This document shows, piece after piece, positions 37,089 to 48,330 of a stretch of 64,000 nt of DNA. Under the pieces are notes generated by a model. The model saw only the letters and a program-made list of their open reading frames with translations, was not told the origin of the DNA and did not search any database. The stretch comes from Podarcis tiliguerta. Taxonomy: Eukaryota. The position numbers and the translations under genes were made by a program. Location of the stretch: the NCBI GenBank assembly GCA_965153285.1, contig OZ229111.1; one strand, given 5' to 3'. Each line of letters begins with the position of its first letter. The first letter of the stretch is position 1.

Positions 37089-38886
37089 GGAATAGGAGGA
37101 CCTTTATAAAGAAACCTGAGGCCATTATGAATTATACAAGTTCTATTTAGACTTCTCATCCCTCATCCTCAATTCTTCATTACTAATATAATGGTTTTTC
37201 ATTTATTTCTCATGCAGGAGAGGAAGCAATGCAGACCCCATTTTTCCATCGATTAGAAGCTGGGCTTTGTAAGGACAAAAATATATTTTTAACATTTCTT
37301 ATTAGTATTGTTCAAGTAGCTTTTTTTTGTTTTTGTTTTAAAGAGAAAATGGAATCCTTTGTGATTGCTCAGGGTGTTGAAACCAGCACTGGCATAGTGC
37401 TAGATTCTGAGGTACAGGAACTCATTGTTTTGTTTGTTTGTTTGTTTCCTTAGCGCATTTGTATGTCACTTAATCTGCACCCCTTCTGCTTAGCATGAAA
37501 GCCCCTCCTCTTGGTGAATCTACAAATGCACCATCAATGGAATATCTGACCTTCTCCATATCAACCATAGCAAAAGGTGAAAGCCTTGTTAGCGCTTCAT
37601 TTCCTTGCGGAGAAAGGAGGGTCTGTCAGTTACCCTGATATTCTGCAAGATGGTGCCCTGGCTCTTGCTGTGTTATAGAGCTGCCTTCCCCTTCACCATA
37701 AACTTCAAACCAGTTTTTACCTGCCAGGAAAAAAAAGTGGGAAATATATCCATTCAGCTAGGATTGATACCTTTTCAAGGGGGGGTGGCTCAGAACTTGA
37801 ATGAGACCCAAATGGGACAAAAAGAAGCTGAAGAACAAGGAGCTCAGAGGCAATAAGTTGAATGCAGTATGCAGAATAGGCAATGGGTGATTCTGCTGAT
37901 TGTGTCTTTTATTGTTACTGCAGCATTGTCACCTGACATCCTTGGGAGCATCAAGAACCAGAAAACAGGGAAAACCTGAATCTCACACCAAGATTTGAAC
38001 TATTTAGCCAATTCTTCTATTTTGGGCTTCTAATGTTCATTAAATGGGTGTTACACATACATCAGTCCTTCAGGAATGATTTGTTTTAAGGTCTTTACCA
38101 ACTAGGTGAGTTTTCCCTTTTAAATTTACAGAGTCTAGATTGTCAGAGCATAAATCAGGACTTCTCCAATGGCTACGATATTAGCTTAACTGAGTTGTGC
38201 TCAGGTTACTTGCCAAATGCAGAAAGGAGACTGTGTGTGCTGTTTTCCAATTCTGTAAATATTTATGATGTTCTCTTGCTAGTAAATAATATACTGCATA
38301 GAGTTCAATATTTAGAATAAGTTATGCAGAACTATCTATCTCGGGAGGAGAAAAATATGCAGCAGTGTTATCTGGGCCAGATCACGTATTCTGACAGGCC
38401 ATGGGGAAGACACGAGAGCAGGGGAATAGTATTTTAAAAGTAGTAATACCATTCAACTTTGGCCCCACCCAGTTATAAATATAAACATGCTCAGCGAGTC
38501 CCCTCCCCTAGTTCTTGGATTGGATTGTAATCCAAGACATAGAAGAACGTCTTCCCATGAATTTATTCATCTAGTGGTTGTGCTGCTGACAGGAGCGTGT
38601 CTCTCTTTCTTTGCTCCCTCAGTTTTGGCATACTGCGGTGGCAGTGTCACAAGCTACAGGAGCCTTGGCAGATGCAAGGACTGGGGTCCCAGTAGCCTGG
38701 GAAGTCTATGTTTCCAAGGGTCTGTGGGCCACTTCCATAGCAATGCTCCAAGCAGCAGGAAGCAAGGTGAGATCTGTCCTTCTGCATTTCAACATAGTAT
38801 TATCACTGAGTGAAAAGGGTATGGCTGCTAATAGCAGGCTTGGAATGTTTCCATCATGCTCCTCCTTATGTTACTGGATATGCAAC

Positions 38887-39167
38887 CAAAGATGTGTCCA
38901 AACATGACATCGATCCTGCTATGTTGGAACCTCTTGCAGATGACCATAGTGTATCCAGAGCAGTGACCAGAGGAGTGCAGAGAAAATAAATGCCATGTTG
39001 CATCTGCAGCAGCACAACAGGACGCCTTCATCTGCCCAGCTGCAACAAACATGTCTCTCCCACACCAGTCTCTACAGCCACACCAGGCACTGCTACTTTC
39101 CCACAGTTTGACCTCATGCCCAAAGGCGCCCTCCTTCATTGGCTCCTGAGACAAATGAATGGCAACA
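38887..39167 (+). mobile_element. RTE-clade LINE 3' fragment (not BovB)
   Basis: Homologous to 41411-41650 (AAAGATG..CAAACATGACAT, CTCTTGCAGATGAC, GAGGAGTGCAGAGA, CTTCATCTG.CC.AGCTGCAAC); encodes a frameshifted C-terminal FICPSCN..GLYSH zinc-finger-like motif. Confidence 0.8.
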
Positions 39168-39200
39168 TCCTTCTTTCAATACACTTTCACCACCTACTTA

Positions 39201-39563
39201 AAGGTAAAGGTAAAGGTACCCCTGCCCGTACGGGCCAGTATTGACAGACTCTAGGGTTGTGCGCCCATCTCACTCAAGAGGCCGGGGGCCAGCGCTGTCC
39301 GGAGACACTTCCGGGTCACGTGGCCAGCGTGACATCGCTGCTCTGGCAAGCCAGAGCCGCACACGGAAACGCCGTTTACCTTCCCGCTAGTAAGCGGTCC
39401 CTATTTATCTACTTGCCCCCGGGGGTGCTTTCGAACTGCTAGGTTGGCAGGCGCTGGGACCGAGCAACGGGAGCGCACCCCGCCAAGGGGATTCGAACCG
39501 CCGACCTTTCGATCGGCAAGCCCTAGGCGCTGAGGCTTTTACCCACAGCGCCACCCGTGTCCC
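39201..39563 (-). mobile_element. Sauria/Squam1 SINE, full length (subfamily B)
   Basis: Reverse complement of the 33385 type, CpG-rich; 15-bp TSD TTCACCACCTACTTA (39186-39200, 39564-39578). Confidence 0.96.
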
Positions 39564-40347
39564 TTCACCACCTACTTAGGAAGTTTAGACAACTGTGAGC
39601 AGTGGTTTTGTGTGTGCGTGTGCGTGTGTGGTTCTGTATATAGTATATTACATCATTCCTAGGTGATAAATACTATCCAGAGTCCAAACACAGTATATGA
39701 AGAGGACAGATATATATGAAAGACCCATATGTCTTCCGAATTAGTGATGCTTGTCTTGCAGCATAAATCCTTGTTAATGAAGGAGCACCATGCCCATCAG
39801 TTTCCCTATTAATCCACTGCCTGGAAATGAAGCCACAGTCCTCTAGTGCTGGTACATTTATTTCATTCACTTAGCTAGATTAATTTAACAGTCACAATTC
39901 TCAACATGGGAAAACCCAAAAATGAAGAGAGCAAGGAAGTATCATAAACTCCAAAGCCTGTGCTGCAATTCTCAGGTTATCTCATTTGATTCTTGCATTG
40001 AGGCAAGTTCTTCCAGCTCAACACTTGCTTTCCTTGCTGTTGCAAGACAGCTGGGTGGACAAAGCCAGCAGGGCCCATAAGGAATAAGATCCCATCCTTT
40101 GTGAAGACTCCATTATGAGGTAGTGGGGGGTAATGGCTGCCTCCCCCCCCCCCATTTAGGGCTTTGCTGCATCCCAGGTTGGTTACTAGCATTCTCAACT
40201 GACTGTTGTCCCAACTGATCTCATCTAAGTACTAACCCAACTTAAACCTGGGCACCTCCAGAGATCAGATGGACCAGGCATGTTCAGGACAGAACTGCTG
40301 TAGGCTTGTCCCAAGCTGACTTTACTCCTTATGTCTTTGATTTTTCA

Positions 40348-40435
40348 GCTGCTCAATCCTGTGGTTGTTTGTTCAGAGATAAGTCCCATTGTTCAATGGG
40401 GCTTTGTCCTTGGTAAGGGTGTATAATTTTGGGTG
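40348..40435. mobile_element. Short hairpin-type squamate MITE remnant
   Basis: CAATCCT...TAAGTCCCATTGTTCAATGGGGCTT...; a related half copy is at ~33143-33196. Confidence 0.5.
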
Positions 40436-41026
40436 TTTAGTTTTTCTACTGTGTGAGCATTCTGTCCAAAATTCTATAAATGAATCTCCTTGATTCTCCC
40501 CCTCCCACTGAGTGCTCAGTGGGGTTTTTTTAAAAAAAGATTTCTAGCTCTAATTGGGATAAAGATGGTGAGCTTTCCAAAACTTATCTCTTCAAGGAGT
40601 TGGATGAACGTCTTACCTAGGCAGTATAAATTCCTCAGAGAGTGTAAAGCCCTAAGGCTGTAAAAGTACTCCCATAAAAGATCCTGTAAAAAGATCTATT
40701 TTTTTGCATAAGTTCCCTACTGATTCAACAAAAGGTTTTACCTTGATGAGAGGTCATCAGAACCAAAGAAAATTTGGTTTAGTCCTGCAACAGAAATACT
40801 CAAACACATACTTTTCTGAGATTAGTAACTTTAAAAAAATGTTACAGCTAGCCTGTGCTAGAGCTCCAAATCAGAACGTATTTATTTTTTATTCTTAAAA
40901 GCTCTCCCTCATTTGCTAAGACTACAAATATGATATGACAAAGATGATATGAAAGGGAAGGGATTAATGGAATTCTTTTCTTCCATGTGCAAAGTGCCCC
41001 ATTAGATTGTGGAGTCCACCAGAACA

Positions 41027-41655
41027 TGAGCTCACCTCTCCAAAAGGGGTATTGTAGAATGTGATGCTAATGACTAATTCCAAGAAGAGGGTCTATCAGG
41101 CATGGATGTTGAGGACACTGCTTTATAGAAGTGAGTCGTGGACATCTTACACTCACCGGGAGCATCACCTCAATGCCTTCCACATGTGTTGCATCAGGAA
41201 GATTTTGGGCACCACATGGCAAGACGAAGCCTCAAACCAAGATGTGCTCTCCCAAGCCTACATTCCCAGCATGTTTGCACTCCTGTCTCAGTGACGTCCA
41301 TGCTGGCTTGGTCATGTACACAGAATGGAAGGTGGCAGGATCCCCAAGGACATGCTCTACATGGAGCTGGCTTCAGGCACCAGGCCCATTGTCAGATCAA
41401 CTCTATGTTACAAAGATGCCTGCAAACATGACATGAAGACTGGCAGTCTCAGTTCCACCATGTGGGAGTCTCTTGCAGATGACTGAGGTGCCTGGAGATG
41501 GACATTTAGGTTGTGCATCCATAGCAGTGACCGGAGGAAGAATGACCGCTGGGAGGAGTGCAGAGAGAAGAAACGCCAGACGACTTCATCTGTCCAAGCT
41601 GCAACGAAACATGTTTCTCCTGTATTGGTCTGTAAAGCCAAAGAGGTGCTGTAAC
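41027..41655 (+). mobile_element. RTE-clade LINE, ORF 3' third (decayed)
   Basis: KRVYQAWMLRTLLYRSESWT...LNAFHMCCIRKILGTTWQD...IPSMFALLSQ*RPCWLGHVHRMEGGRIPKDMLYMEL is the typical RTE post-RT region, with stops. Confidence 0.92.
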
Positions 41656-41930
41656 ATTCCAACACTTTGTCTTCACCCCCAGAAGAACATTCCTCCCTTC
41701 ATGTTTGAACATTGACCATGATGGATGGGGTTCCCAGAGGGATTTTAATTAGAACTTGAGAAGTATTTGGAGCTCAAAAGTACTCCTGTATCCAGTCTTG
41801 AATTCCAGCATTTTACCACTATCACTACATTAAACAGCATGGGGTGGGTGGGACTCTCTGGTTGTTGCAAAAATGTGTTATGATTTGAGAAGAGGCTTTA
41901 TCTTGATACAGGAGCATGAAAAGAAAAGTA

Positions 41931-42193
41931 CAGTGGTACCTCGCAAGACGAATGCCTCGGAAGACGAAAAACTCGCAAGACGAAAGAGTTTTTCATTTTC
42001 TGAGTTGCTTCGCAAGACGGATTTCCCTATAGGCTTGCTTCGCAAGACGAAACGTCTTGCGCCTTTTTTTTAAAACCGCCAATGCATTCCTATGGGAAAC
42101 CGTCAATACACAGTGGTGCTTCGCAAGACGAAAAAACTCGCATAACGAAAAAACTCCCAGAACGAATTAATTTTGTCTTGCGAGGCACCACTG
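41931..42193. mobile_element. Tc1/mariner (Tigger-like) MITE
   Basis: TA|CAGTGGTACCTCGCAAGAC...GTCTTGCGAGGCACCACTG|TA. Confidence 0.9.
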
Positions 42194-42986
42194 TAGATCA
42201 AAACCCATGAACATTCAGCTTAGCCCTACTACAGATACTCTTACTCATATTTCTTGTATGGTTAACTTTTTCAAAAAGAGTGATCCTCTAAGAGAGCTTC
42301 AAATTAAAACATTTTTGCGGGGAAAGGGGAAAAAAAGTCAATTTCCTCAGCCTAAAGATGGCTGGATTTTGAAAGTCACGGCTTCCAAACTTGTTTCTTC
42401 CTCCCATTATTGAATGACATTTAGGCACAGCACAACTTGGATGCATTTTTTTTAATGGAAGGGGGAGAACAGAACTGGGAATGCTGCTGTGTTCTGAGTG
42501 ATCTTTTATGAGATTGCTCAGTGGCTTTGCTAACAATTACAGGGAGAAGGAGGTCATGCCTTCAAACAGCTTTGGAATGATTTGCTGGTATAGCTGGAAA
42601 GGAGTGAGGAGAGAAAAAAGGCTTAGGCAAGAGGGCCGGAAGAAGCTTCAAACATATTAGATAACACAGTAAAGAACTTAGCTATTCATTATTTCTGCAA
42701 CACTTTACTGAATAATTATTTAATTCCACTCCTCCCCGCCCCCCGCTGCCTCATTGCTAAGCCATTCAACTTACATGTGCTACAGCCAATGCCTAAAATA
42801 TGGCAACTGCTGAAAGCTCCAGATGATTATTGTCACTAGGTGACATGCAGCAAATTTTGGCAATCACAGTGAATTTTGTGTTTGGGCATTGACTAGGAAA
42901 AAATTATTTCTTTGCATTTTTTTGCTACCCTATCGTACTGGCTCTGGGCATATTTTAACAATTCCTCCTTTTTGGATTTATGATAA

Positions 42987-42988
42987 TT

Positions 42989-43019
<31 letters not shown>
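42987..43019. repeat. (TTTC)n microsatellite
   Basis: Direct reading. Confidence 0.9.
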
Positions 43020-43287
43020 GATCCTGCCAGTGTCCCAGTTGTGACAAGTGTGCAGGGACACCCATCTGTATATTGCCTGATGTCACTGTGATGTTAGGTG
43101 ACTGGGTTTTGCCCCTGCAGACAATTGTCTGATCGCTGGGGTTCCATGTGAGGCACATTGCAAGCCCAGACATTCATTCTGGTCATCGGGAATCATATAT
43201 AGCATCAGGTGTAGGGCAGGTGGACATGGCTTGGTCAAAACGGCCTGGTAGGTAAAATGGAAAGGCTTGGTGGGTCTAATTCAGCCT

Positions 43288-43651
43288 TAAAGTAAAGGTA
43301 AACGACCCCTGACAGTTAAGTCCAGTCGCAGATGACTCTGGGGTTGCAGTGCAATTCTTGCTTTATAGGCCGAGGGAGCCGGCATTTGTCTGCAGACAGT
43401 TTTTCGGGGTCATGTGGCCAGCATGACTAAGCCATTCTGGCGAACCAGAGCAGTGCACGGAAACGCCATTTACCTTCCCACTGGAGCAGTACCTATTTAT
43501 CTACTTGCACTTCATGCTTTCGAACTGCTAGGTGGGCAGGAGCTGGGACTGAACAATGTGAGCTCACCCCATCGTGGGGATTTGAACTGCCGACCTTCCG
43601 ATCGGCAAGCCCTAGGCTCTGTGATTTAACCCACAGCGCCACCCGCATCCC
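43288..43651 (-). mobile_element. Sauria/Squam1 SINE, full length (subfamily A-like)
   Basis: Same head and core as 6115 and 7866 in reverse; short flanking repeat CCTTAAAG overlapping the termini. Confidence 0.93.
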
Positions 43652-43985
43652 TTAAAGGTTAGACCACCCCTCAATTATTATTTTTTAGAATTTGCCAGCC
43701 CTTGAAAATTGGCAGATAGCTTTCCACTTTTGCAGCAGACAAATGTGAAAGTGAAGGGAGGGGTTCTTTGGATCTTTGGCTCAGGCTTTCTTCCAGGCCA
43801 AGCTCAGGTCCTCTTTGAGTCTCAGAATGCCTTCAAATGTCCTGCATTGTAAATCTGCTGGAAACATCTGTGTTTAGTCTCCTAAACATATGTTACATGA
43901 ATGGGCTTTCACAAGAGAGAAGGGGACTTTGGGTGGTTTGGAAAAGCTTCCATAATATATAATACATTATAATGATGGCCATCTG

Positions 43986-44201
43986 TCATGGATCATAGAG
44001 CCATAAAATTGTAGAGCCCCCTTCAATGCAGGAATATTCAGCTGTCCCAAATGGAGATCAAACCTAAAAACGTGGCATTATCAGCACCACACTGAGCTAT
44101 TCAGGCAAACTAATGCTTTAGTTGAGTTTCCTGCATTGCAGGGGGTTGGACTAGATGATCCTCAAGGTCCCTTCCAACTCTACAACTCTATGCTTCTATG
44201 A
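43986..44201. mobile_element. Two CR1-tail/tRNA SINE fragments in opposite orientation
   Basis: 43986-44105(-) CATAGAG...CAATGCAGGAAT...CTGAGCTAT; 44128-44201(+) TCCTGCATTGCAGGGGGTTGGACTAGATGATCCTCAAGGTCCCTTCCAACTCTACAACTCTATG. Confidence 0.7.
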
Positions 44202-44987
44202 AAATAATGAACGGACCAAGTCCCTCTGGAATTCAAATACTGTTCCCTCCCTACATATTATTTCACATGTTGTTCAATGTTTGAAACTTAATTGGCTGAT
44301 TGCGTGATTCATAATTTACAGATTATAATGTTTGAATGCCTTTTCCAGTAAGGAAAACTGGACAGATGGCTTATCAAGGAAAATTCCCTTTGACCACTTC
44401 AGCTATATAAAGTGATACACTGTGGTAGAACATTGACAAATCTTGCTACCAGAGGGTGACAAATGGAGCAATAAAGCTCAGAAATAAAGTTGTATAGAAG
44501 AAGGATCAATTTAATGTCCTTAATCTAGGTATTTTCCCAGGTATATCACAGCATGTTGCCTTTCGGGCACGGCACTTGTGTGTCTACCATTTACTTAAAG
44601 AGGCTCTTGATCTGATCCTAAGTGTTTCAAGCTATCAGTAGTGAAAAGTGGAATAATAACCAGCTCCCTGACTTCGGGTGCTTAAACTGTAAATTACTAA
44701 CTGCATGCGGTTAGTAGCCCAAATAGTTTTCTAAGAAGAGACGATCTCAGATTGCTGGGGTGCCAACCTTCTGGAGGCAAATGGGAAGGGTGCACAATTC
44801 TTTAGCTGCTGTTGCCGTGAGTAAAGCTGAGAAGTCTGAGGGAGGAGAGACGGGGCTTACCGTAGCTGAGGGATACATACCTAATCAATTTAGCTGGTTG
44901 TAGAAATTGGCTGGAGGCTTCAATTAGAGGCTCCAAGTCTGAATTCCTTCTCTATTCTTCTGCATATGTGTGCACATAGGCAGACGC

Positions 44988-45415
44988 TAGGGGATGGAGA
45001 AGAAATTAACTGCAAGTTGAATTTAAAGGCAAACCTACCTAATTCACATTTCTGAAACAATATGCAAACCAGAACGTTGCCTTACTTTTGCACTTTTGCA
45101 ATGCAGTTCTGCAGCAAAAATGTGTGCAGAAATGTATTTGCTGGCGCAAACTATGTCCAAAAATGCATATATTAGTGAAAATAACATACAAAATTTCATT
45201 ACTGTAATTTAGGGGAATTTGCTTGGAAAATGTGTACATTAGGTAAAATTATGTATAGAAATGTGTATATTAGGAGAAATTTTCTGATGAATTTTTAATG
45301 TGACTTTTCTATTAAAACACACACACAACAACATTGAAGTGGAAATGAACTGAATTTAAGATTGGAAAAATGAGAAACAGAGAGAAACCAAAACTGACAG
45401 TTTCACCCATTCCTG
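44988..45415. mobile_element. AT-rich hAT-type non-autonomous element
   Basis: TAGGGGATGGAGAGAAA...TTTCACCCATTCCTG; 8-bp TSD GCAGAC(G/A)C (44980-44987, 45416-45423). Confidence 0.75.
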
Positions 45416-45615
45416 GCAGACACAAACTCAGAGCCCTTTTAATAGTCTGCATTGCATTTCAGAAGATCAGTCTCTTAAGCAGTATGGTGGGTTCACATTG
45501 TTCCCCATAATTAAGTTTGAGCAGTTCAGTAAGTCCACTTGATCTGATCCTGCCTGAACTTCAGAACCCAAAGTCCTTCTGCATTCCATGAAGAGGTGGT
45601 TTGGGGCACGACTCA

Positions 45616-45617
<2 letters not shown>

Positions 45618-45684
<67 letters not shown>
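45618..45684. repeat. (TC)n(AC)n compound microsatellite
   Basis: Direct reading. Confidence 0.95.
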
Positions 45685-45688
<4 letters not shown>

Positions 45689-47054
45689 TTACAGATACTG
45701 TCCACTGGGAGTGGCTAGAAAGTGCAGCTCTTGCCACACACATGCTAATGGGCATTGCAAACTCTTCTGGGAGAAGCAGGAAGAGGTATAGAAAAACATT
45801 CCCCCCCCCATCTAGTTTCCCTGAGAGCGATGATGCATCATAATGCATGGGGGCATTTGATGTTCCATTTTCAGTGTGCGTGGTGAGAGCAGTGCTTCCT
45901 AGTGGTTCCAGCTAACTGCTGTATGTAAAAAAAGAAATGCCAGGTTGGTAAACCATAGATCACCTTGTGAGTACATTATTATTAATAATACTTTTCTATT
46001 TAAAAAAAATACTTAATTCTTTAAGGGAAATAGTCAGAAAGAAACAAGCTGAAATAGTTTTACTGATGAATACATGCAAAGTGGACACAAACTGGATTAA
46101 GACCATTCTGTCCATCCCCAGATGCACAGACCAAGCCCACTGCATACAAATAGTGACAACAACAACGATGGCTATAGTAGAAAATGGAGCAGACAACATG
46201 AAAGGGTGGAATCAATTTATTTCCCCTTGTTGAAGATAATCATGCGCACCCGCCTTTTTACCAATGCTTTGCTCCACCAGCCGTGAGCCATGTGTTCACC
46301 CTTCAGCAGAGAAAGCTATTTATTTTATCCCACTTCTATCTTATGTATTCTGCCCGTGCATGTCTATAGATAGCAATGCCAAGATATTGATAGGCATAAA
46401 AAGAAGAAGATTATATCTCTCTGAATTAATGATTTAGTGCTTCTGAGCTCGGCTGTCCGATCTAATATCATAATTATCGTCATCAGGCAAAACTGCTGTG
46501 GTGCAGCTAGATTTCACTGAGGAGGACATCTCAAGATGAGACAGGCCAGGGACAGCCCTGGTTGAATTCAGCTTCATTTCATTCCTCATGCATTTGCTCA
46601 CTTATCCCTGCCGTACAATTCCCCAGGTAGCGGTTTGCAACAGAGTGGCTTGCCAAGCCTATTTAAATCTTTACAGATTCAGGAATCCAATTGGAACACA
46701 TCCAGGGCATCTCTCTCTGTACCCTTTTAATTACAGGTGTGCAAAGAAAAACCATGTTTGCATCACTTGTCCTAGCACCACCATGCTAAATGTCTTCATT
46801 TCCCACAAGGTACACCAGGATGATATTAGAACTAGATAAATCATCACAGGCTGCTCAAGAAAATATCCAGATGTAGAAGCAGCAGCTGCAGGGGAGTAAA
46901 TGCAGCTGCCACTGAGACAAGAACTAAGCAGAGAGACTTGGGATACTTTCCAATGAGTGTCACTTGGTGGCACCACCAGGCAATGGCATGGGAAACACCA
47001 TACAGATAACCAGTGGCATCCCTGCACCTTTCATCCTGATCCAACACCTTATCA

Positions 47055-47817
47055 GACTGCCTTGCCAGAGTGGTGCATGCTCTAGTTATCTCCCGCTTGG
47101 ACTACTGCAATGCGCTCTACATGGGGCTACCTTTGAAGGTGACTCAGAAACTGAAATTAATCCAGAATGCGGCAGCTAGACTGGTGAATGGGAGCGGCCA
47201 CTGAGACCACATAACACCGGTCCTGAAAAATCTTGATTGCTCCCAGTACGTTTCTGAGCACAATTCAAAGTGTTGGTGCTGACCTTTAAAGCCCTAAACA
47301 GCCTCGGTCCTCTATACCTGAAGGAGCATCTCCACCCCCATCGTTCAGCCCGGACACTGAGGTCCACGCCGAGGGCCTTCTGGCAGTTCCCTCGCTGCGA
47401 GAAGTGAGGTTACAGGGAACCCAGCAGAGGGCCTACTTGGTAGTGGCGTCTGCCTTGTGGAATGCCCTCCCAGCAGATGTCAAGGCAATAAACAACTATT
47501 TTACTTTTCAAAGACAACTGAAGGCGGCAGTGGCGTAGCGTGGGGGGTGCAGGGGGGGCCGGCCGCACCGGGCGCAACATCTGGGGGTTAGGGTTAGGGG
47601 GCGCAAATCCATGGGTTAGGGGGCGCAAATCCACGGGTTAGGGGGCGCAGATTACTTGCCTTGCCCCGGGTGCTGACAACCCACGCTACGCCACTGGAAG
47701 GCGGCCCTGTTTAGGGAAGTTTTTAATGTCTGACGCTGTATTGTTTTTAATATTCGGTTGGAAGCCGCTCAGAGTGGCTGAGGAAACCCAGCCAGGTGGG
47801 TGGGGTATAAAGAATAA

Positions 47818-47860
<43 letters not shown>
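47055..47860 (+). mobile_element. 5'-truncated L2-clade LINE with (TTA)n tail
   Basis: Encodes ARVVHALVISRLDYCNALYMGLPLKVTQKLKLIQNAAARLV (L2 post-RT motif SRLDYCN); 3' end GGAAGCCGCTCAGAGTGGCT...GGGGTATAAA then (TTA)n. Confidence 0.93.
47528..47696. mobile_element. Young GC-rich hAT-type MITE nested in L2
   Basis: Perfect 17-bp TIRs CAGTGGCGTAGCGTGGG; perfect 8-bp TSD GAAGGCGG (47520-47527, 47697-47704). Confidence 0.93.
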
Positions 47861-47861
<1 letters not shown>

Positions 47862-47903
47862 CATCAGTGGTATCATGAGCCTCAGTTTCCACTCAGTCGT
47901 GCC

Positions 47904-48040
47904 CAGTGCTACTTTTCTAGAAAAAAAGGCACCAGAGCTCACCATGAACTTTCCCCTTGTTCTCTTAGGATGGCAATGGTGCCCACCTGAGAGGTGCTGG
48001 AGCTGAGCCTGTGAGCTCTGGCTAAAAAACAAAAGCCCTG
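47904..48040. mobile_element. Old hAT-type MITE
   Basis: CAGTGCTACTTTTCTAG...AAAAGCCCTG; degenerate 8-bp TSD GTCGTGCC/GTGATGCC. Confidence 0.6.
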
Positions 48041-48199
48041 GTGATGCCCTTGTACTGCCCTCATTGATGGCTGCTGTCCAGACGTATCAAAGAGTCAGCA
48101 ATTAGCTCCGTTTTATAGCAATTTGCAATCTAAAGGTTTATAACAGTGCGAATGGTGTGGGAAGCAATTACCCCCTTTCCCTTTCTCTCTCGGCATTAA

Positions 48200-48330
48200 A
48201 ATTTGGGGGTCATCCAACGAAACCGAATTGCAGTTGGTTGAGGACAATAAAAGGAGCACTTCTTCATTCAGCGCATAATTAACCGATGGAATTCATTGCT
48301 CCAAGGTGTGGTGAATGCCACTCGCTTGGA
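48200..48330 (+). mobile_element. Old CR1 3' fragment
   Basis: GGGGTCATCCAACGAAA...CACTTCTTCATTCAGCGCATAATTAACCGATGGAATTCATTGCTCCAAGGTGTGGTGAATGCC resembles RGHP.K...FFTQRII..WNSLPQ.VV.A. Confidence 0.7.

Noticed and set aside
41931-42193. CRISPR-like repeat-spacer array (TCGCAAGACGA repeats)
   Set aside because: Repeats are 11 bp, irregularly spaced, partly inverted and enclosed by mariner TIRs in vertebrate DNA.
47583-47650. True interstitial telomere or chromosome-fusion scar
   Set aside because: At most two adjacent TTAGGG units, entirely inside a TSD-bounded MITE.
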